Shown: positions 17,698 to 22,061 of the stretch, in pieces
How positions within the stretch are numbered: position 1 is the stretch's first letter
Layout of the letters: every line of letters starts with the position of its first letter
Source of the DNA: Armatimonadota bacterium
GTDB lineage: Bacteria > Armatimonadota > UBA5829 > DTLH01
Direction of reading: 5' to 3'
Assembly: GCA_039679675.1 (NCBI GenBank)
Contig: JBDKUN010000018.1
Span: forward strand, 1-22,061
DNA: 22,061 nucleotides
The notes under the pieces: model-generated
Told to the model about the DNA's origin: nothing
The model's input: the letters and a program-made list of their open reading frames with translations, nothing else
The model's database searches: none
Position numbers and translations under genes: made by a program

Positions 17698-20076
17698 CTA
17701 ACGTTCAGGATATTCCTTTATGGAACCGGCAGGAAGTTTGACATTACGGTAGTGTCCGACACTGGTCTGAAGCTCTTTTTCTACATCATGATCGTTGGTG
17801 TTGTATATAAGCCAGCCGCCGTTGATGTCGGTTATATACACGCCATCAACCTGACCGTCCGGTACCAGGTTAGTGCGGACTCTGGTGCTGAGGTTATCGA
17901 GTGCTCTGGCTATCTCCTCGATAGCAGCCTTCTGGCCATCTTCCCAACTGTTTGATATGTATACTGTGAGACCACTGCCGATTGATTTAACGCTATGCGG
18001 CTTGGTGCTTGTAGTATCGAACATCTCATGGAACAGCGACTCGTCGCCTTCAACAGTGGAAAACCCGCCGTAATTACAGGTGACGGCTATCCCGCCTCCC
18101 CTGATCCACTCTATAATCCTGTCGATGTCCTCGCGCTCCATTACTTTGCCGTCCAGGATCACCAGCACTTTGTAATGCTTCAGCGCTCCATCCCTGACCA
18201 TAGATTCATCGACCAGATCAAAATCAACGGCGTCCCTGAACGGTTTGATCTTCTCATTGATCCCGCCGCCCTTAAGCGTAAACGCAGTCTGTGGGAACAG
18301 TACGGCAATTTGAGGATATTTCGCCGCTTGTGTTCCAAGCCACTTATATGATTTGCTCCAGGAAGCTATTCCACCAGCTTGGGTGAGAATGGTCGGATAA
18401 TAGGTATGGAGCCCGCGCGCGTTGGATGTCACGACATTGTATATTCGCGACGTAATGCCATTCGGGGTTACGTCTCCGGCAGGCTCGAAGGCACAATATG
18501 AGCCGTAATTCTTCGACGCCGAAGCTATAAGCCTGGTGAGCGAAAAATTGAAAGCGTAATCTGATGCCTCATTCGTTATGCGCACCCCAGCCTCATACTT
18601 GGCTGCAGCTTTGCACTGTGCGGAGAAGTCCGACCCGTGCATAGGCTGGCCGTCTCCTCCCGTGCAAAGGTAAAGATCGGTGCAGGGGAAGTATTTTCTG
18701 ACCGTCGAGAGCCAATAGCTCGACCAATTGGTCATACTGTCTCGATACCACTGTATCATATCCAGCCTGGCGCGAGCTGACCAACCCTTATCCGGCACAA
18801 ACGGCACAAACGGCTCAACCTGCGCAAATTCTGCAAAACTCGTTCCCCAGGCCTTGTTCAGATCCTCAATACTGCTGAATTTGCTTTCTACATGCTTTCG
18901 GAAAGATTCTCTTGCATAACGGTCTCCGCACCAGTAGCCTGGATGAGTGTGGTATTTCCCAGGCACGACCTCCGTCCAGCCTCCGCCGAATGCCGGATAT
19001 ATCGCTTCCCCGAAATCTCCGCTTATACCGACCATTATCGACTCTATCGTATGCGTCGGCCCATAATGCTCGGCAAACTTGGACATAAACAGGTCCACCT
19101 GCGATGAAAGATCCGGGTTCCAGATCGATTGTATCTTGCTGTCCGTTCCATGCTCCAGACATGTCGCAAAAACAGACTCTTTTGAGTCTCTGTACCACGC
19201 CGGAGTGGCATAGGCTGGCCCGATTATGATGAATGGGTTCCACTTAAGCCCATTTTCCCGAAGGATGGCTACGATCCCATCATAAAAGCTCCAGTCCCAA
19301 TGGTCAGGAGACGGCTCAACGAAATTCCACTTCACATAAGTCTCGACACTTGTTACACCGAGCGCTTTCATTCTGGGCGCGAGTAATCTTACATCTCTGA
19401 ATACCCGCTCTGCTTCAGTCACATACGTTGCATCCGCGCAACTAAAGGTAATCTGGACCTTTTTGGGTGGAACTAATCTTCCCTTGCTCGTCTTTATCCT
19501 TTCAGAAACGGACTGCGGCACGCGGGCAAAATCATCGGAGTGCTCCATCTCGACCGTAACCTTTCGGACAAACAAACGCCCGCTGCAGGCAAGCCTGAAG
19601 TCTGCTCCCATGTTTTGCCGTCCGTCGAACCTGGCATCAGGAAGCTCGAATATAACTTTCCGCCACTTTCTTGAATCGAGTAGAAGTTCGCCAGCTCCCG
19701 TTTTATACGCTCCTGAGTCTCCTGCTTTGTCACCCACAGAATCGTACTGTATCTGAAATGACCCGAAGCCATCATCAAAGTATTCTACGGTAATATAAAC
19801 CGGCCTGCGCAGCCGCCCTGCAGCAGAGTCATAGTCGAAGTAAAGGTATGAGGCTGAACCATCCTCAATAATATTTTCTCGACAGAAACATCCTCCTACT
19901 TCAGCGGGTTCATTCCGGCCATCCAACCCATCGAGCAGCGAAAGCCCGTGCTCGATATTTATACTGCTCATCTCGACCCAGGCAACAGGGCCGCCAGGCA
20001 AAGCAGCAGCATCAACCGCAACCGCAGGTGCCGCTATCAGACAAAACAGAATTAAGGCAAGCATTCTTTGTATCAT
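17698..20076 (-). CDS. Secreted glycoside hydrolase, GH14 (beta-amylase-like)/GH42-like, multidomain
   Basis: Signal peptide (MIQRMLALILFCLIAAPAVA); GVTSVETYVKWNFVEP..WDWSFYD; VGISGDFGEAIYP similar to beta-amylase VGLGPAGELRYP; LNKAWGTSF; C-terminal GH42-trimerisation-like segment. Confidence 0.75.
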   Translation of the reverse strand: MIQRMLALILFCLIAAPAVAVDAAALPGGPVAWVEMSSINIEHGLSLLDGLDGRNEPAEVGGCFCRENIIEDGSASYLYFDYDSAAGRLRRPVYITVEYFDDGFGSFQIQYDSVGDKAGDSGAYKTGAGELLLDSRKWRKVIFELPDARFDGRQNMGADFRLACSGRLFVRKVTVEMEHSDDFARVPQSVSERIKTSKGRLVPPKKVQITFSCADATYVTEAERVFRDVRLLAPRMKALGVTSVETYVKWNFVEPSPDHWDWSFYDGIVAILRENGLKWNPFIIIGPAYATPAWYRDSKESVFATCLEHGTDSKIQSIWNPDLSSQVDLFMSKFAEHYGPTHTIESIMVGISGDFGEAIYPAFGGGWTEVVPGKYHTHPGYWCGDRYARESFRKHVESKFSSIEDLNKAWGTSFAEFAQVEPFVPFVPDKGWSARARLDMIQWYRDSMTNWSSYWLSTVRKYFPCTDLYLCTGGDGQPMHGSDFSAQCKAAAKYEAGVRITNEASDYAFNFSLTRLIASASKNYGSYCAFEPAGDVTPNGITSRIYNVVTSNARGLHTYYPTILTQAGGIASWSKSYKWLGTQAAKYPQIAVLFPQTAFTLKGGGINEKIKPFRDAVDFDLVDESMVRDGALKHYKVLVILDGKVMEREDIDRIIEWIRGGGIAVTCNYGGFSTVEGDESLFHEMFDTTSTKPHSVKSIGSGLTVYISNSWEDGQKAAIEEIARALDNLSTRVRTNLVPDGQVDGVYITDINGGWLIYNTNDHDVEKELQTSVGHYRNVKLPAGSIKEYPER

Positions 20077-20083
20077 CAACCGC

Positions 20084-20112
20084 AGTATACCAAAAGCGAC
20101 CCATCAAGACAA
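20084..20112 (-). promoter_or_regulatory. sigma70-type promoter for the glycoside hydrolase
   Basis: Minus strand TTGTCT-N17-TATACT with extended -10 TG; ATG follows after 7 nt. Confidence 0.55.
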
Positions 20113-20150
20113 ACATCAATATTTTGAGGATGCACCCCTCACATAAAACG

Positions 20151-20179
20151 TTGACTTGAGGGTTGTACAGGGATATAAT
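20151..20179 (+). promoter_or_regulatory. sigma70-type promoter
   Basis: TTGACT-N17-TATAAT upstream of the AGAGGT RBS and ATG 20220. Confidence 0.75.
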
Positions 20180-20219
20180 CACGAAGGAAATGTCTTAATC
20201 TATAAGAGGTATTATACAA

Positions 20220-20861
20220 ATGGATCATGCCGAGGCTAAAAGAGTTTGGCTGGAGGCAGTTGAGCGTGTTAAGGACGTTACACTCGCGCCGACGCTGTGG
20301 CGCGCCCTGGAATTGGGCCATGGGGTGACGCTCGATGGTGAGTGCTTTATTATCGGCTTCCCGCCGAGCGATTCACCTATGAGCAGTTATCTCACAAACT
20401 CTGACCATCGAATCACTATCGAAAGATCACTTTCACACATAATCGGGCAGACTGTTCGCTTCAAGGTTATAGAAGGCATAACCGAAGCGGATTACGAAGC
20501 ATTCAAAAAACGCGAACAGATAGCAGCTGAAACGCGCAAGGCAGCGCAGGACCGCAAATACGTCGAACGTGCTGCAGAAAGACAATGGGACGCGATTGCG
20601 GAACAATGTTCGCGCAAATATGCTAGAACGCAGCTCCGCCAATTGCCGCATGTCCGCGCGCAGTATTTGTTCGAAGCGGTGCAGATCATATCAGAGGCCA
20701 TAGACGCAATCCATCCTGACGGTAAAATAGATGAGGTCAGCCACAGAGCACTTGGCAGGGTCATCGATAAGGTAGCTACACTAGCCGATGTGCCCGGAGC
20801 CATTGTCGGCGCTGAACTCATCAAGGTCAGAAGGATAAAAAAGAACTCGCCAACCGCATAA
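20220..20861 (+). CDS. Hypothetical protein; N-terminus resembles DnaA domain I / DnaX C-terminal KH-like fold
   Basis: Strong promoter and RBS support a real gene. The pattern W..AVERVK....PTLW...G....GECFIIGF....IERSLSHIIGQTVRFKV is DnaA_N-like by eye only. Confidence 0.7.
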   Translation: MDHAEAKRVWLEAVERVKDVTLAPTLWRALELGHGVTLDGECFIIGFPPSDSPMSSYLTNSDHRITIERSLSHIIGQTVRFKVIEGITEADYEAFKKREQIAAETRKAAQDRKYVERAAERQWDAIAEQCSRKYARTQLRQLPHVRAQYLFEAVQIISEAIDAIHPDGKIDEVSHRALGRVIDKVATLADVPGAIVGAELIKVRRIKKNSPTA

Positions 20862-20871
20862 CAGACTTAAT

Positions 20872-20900
20872 GTTACGCTTCGGATATCCCGAAGCGTAAC
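20872..20900 (+). terminator. Hairpin downstream of 20220-20861 (possible terminator, no U-tract)
   Basis: GTTACGCTTCGG-atatc-CCGAAGCGTAAC, a perfect 12-bp stem 10 nt after the stop codon. Confidence 0.5.
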
Positions 20901-20940
20901 TCACCCCATTCATTCACTACATCGCCACATCCCAGCCGAA

Positions 20941-20967
20941 GGTTTGTCTGCCTCCGCTCACGGGTAA
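20941..20967 (+). promoter_or_regulatory. Putative SigB/SigF-type (general stress) promoter
   Basis: GGTTT-N16-GGGTAA upstream of the GGAGG RBS and ATG 21012. Confidence 0.45.
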
Positions 20968-21011
20968 TCCATACCAGACCGTTCTGTTTATGATATGGGA
21001 GGAATTCAACC

Positions 21012-21311
21012 ATGGCCGAGTCAATGACAGAGGAAAAACAGACGATTAAGGAGTCCGCAGCAGCAGCAAAACGAGGAATCAGCAAAGCCGCAGAAGGCGA
21101 GCCGACACAAGCGCTGTGGGAAATCCAGAAAGCGGCACCATCGTCCGTCTATATGTATGCCGCCGGCGCGTCCATTCTAGCGTCAGCGATACTGTTCGCG
21201 CGAAGGTCCAGAGACTGGGCGCTTTTCGTAGGGCAATGGGCCCCAACACTTTTGGTCTCAGGCTTATTCTTCAAGCTGCTTTACTCAAGAAAAGAATCTA
21301 CTGAAGAGTAA
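21012..21311 (+). CDS. Small hypothetical membrane-associated protein
   Basis: GGGAGG RBS; hydrophobic helix and a WALFVGQWAPTLL..GL..KL motif I recognise from a widespread uncharacterised small-protein family. Confidence 0.78.
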   Translation: MAESMTEEKQTIKESAAAAKRGISKAAEGEPTQALWEIQKAAPSSVYMYAAGASILASAILFARRSRDWALFVGQWAPTLLVSGLFFKLLYSRKESTEE

Positions 21312-21369
21312 CAGCTTTCACAATAGCCAGCAGCATTCGGCTGTCACAAGACGTTTTCGGGGTTTTGAA

Positions 21370-21408
<39 letters not shown>

Positions 21409-21427
<19 letters not shown>

Positions 21428-21572
21428 TTGTTGTGGCTGAATGCACACGTATGAACGTTGATGACTGACCTACTGGTTTTGAGATTAAACCAGTAGGTCG
21501 AATGAATGCTTATGAACCAATATGTACCTATTCGGTGGGCATTTGGTGGGCAAAGCACTGAAAATGTGGGCA
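21409..21572. other. att junction (tyrosine-integrase type): core plus arm-like sites
   Basis: GCCACAACGGT-[TTTCGAG]-ATTGTTGTGGC symmetric core with a 7-bp spacer equal to the anticodon loop; three (G/T)GTGGGCA direct repeats at 21534, 21545 and 21565. Confidence 0.75.
21467..21499. repeat. Perfect 13-bp inverted repeat with 7-nt spacer
   Basis: GACCTACTGGTTT-tgagatt-AAACCAGTAGGTC. Confidence 0.9.
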
Positions 21573-21573
21573 A

Positions 21574-22061
21574 TCATCCCGCCTTCACCCACACGCTTTC
21601 TGTTCGCGGCTGCATGCGTAATGCCGCGCCCGTCCCCTGTATTCCTGTTGCTCTTGTACGACCAGCGGCAGCGCAGGCAGTCTGAAAATCCGTCCGGGTC
21701 CATCCGGCATCCTCAAGCGGTCCATAGATCGGATGATTATAGCCGGAGAGCACTACTTTCCCCTGGATCGACAGCAGGATCTCCACCAACTCCTTGTGGT
21801 CCTCCGCGGTCATCTCGTGCCGATATCCGCCGGATTTACGGGTGTCCGGGATATATGGCGGGTCGCAGTAGAATAGCGTCTCCGACGTATCGAACCTTTT
21901 GATGACGCTACGGAAATCCGAGTGCTCGACCTGGACCCGCATCAATCGTTCGTGGATCGCAGGAAGCATATGAAAAGCAGTCATCCATCTGCTGCAGGAA
22001 CTGGCCATACCCTGACCGCTTGACGATACCGTATATCCCCAGGAACTCCCGAATATCCCAC
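21574..22061 (-). CDS. DNA adenine (N6) methyltransferase, Dam/D12 class, 5'-partial
   Basis: RLMRVQVEHSDFRSVIKRFD..TLFYCDPPY (motif IV), DHKELVE.L...GKVVLSGY. The frame stays open to the window edge (GIFGSSWGYTVSSSGQG precedes the listed Met). Confidence 0.9.
   Translation of the reverse strand, partial: GIFGSSWGYTVSSSGQGMASSCSRWMTAFHMLPAIHERLMRVQVEHSDFRSVIKRFDTSETLFYCDPPYIPDTRKSGGYRHEMTAEDHKELVEILLSIQGKVVLSGYNHPIYGPLEDAGWTRTDFQTACAAAGRTRATGIQGTGAALRMQPRTESVWVKAG

Overview
Bacterial chromosomal window bounded by two mobile elements. The gene repertoire is compatible with Armatimonadota, but this is unverified inference. Left edge: the 3' end and terminal inverted repeat of a probable IS1-family element, not in the ORF track. 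It is followed by a family-4 uracil-DNA glycosylase that seems to have lost most of its [4Fe-4S] cysteines, a small zinc-ribbon gene behind a consensus sigma54 promoter, and a convergent multi-TM + GAF protein with no output domain. The core (about 2.7-16.1 kb) is a 10-gene + strand cell-surface glycosylation cluster: an ArnC/CsbB-like GT2, two GT4, a second GT2, an SDR epimerase, two different Wzx-type flippases, a YfhO-family GT-C, and two predicted Fe-S proteins (DUF362 with a NuoB/hydrogenase-small-subunit-like tail; radical SAM with a SPASM/twitch domain). Next come comM/yifB, a probably leaderless secreted GH14/GH42-like hydrolase, a hypothetical with a DnaA-domain-I-like N-terminus, and a small membrane protein behind a SigB/SigF-type promoter. 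Right edge: an att junction of an integrative element in tRNA-Ser(CGA), with a 3' tRNA fragment, symmetric core sites around the anticodon loop, arm-like direct repeats and a second core-like palindrome, then a partial Dam-type methyltransferase. All calls come from manual motif reading; no database searches were run.
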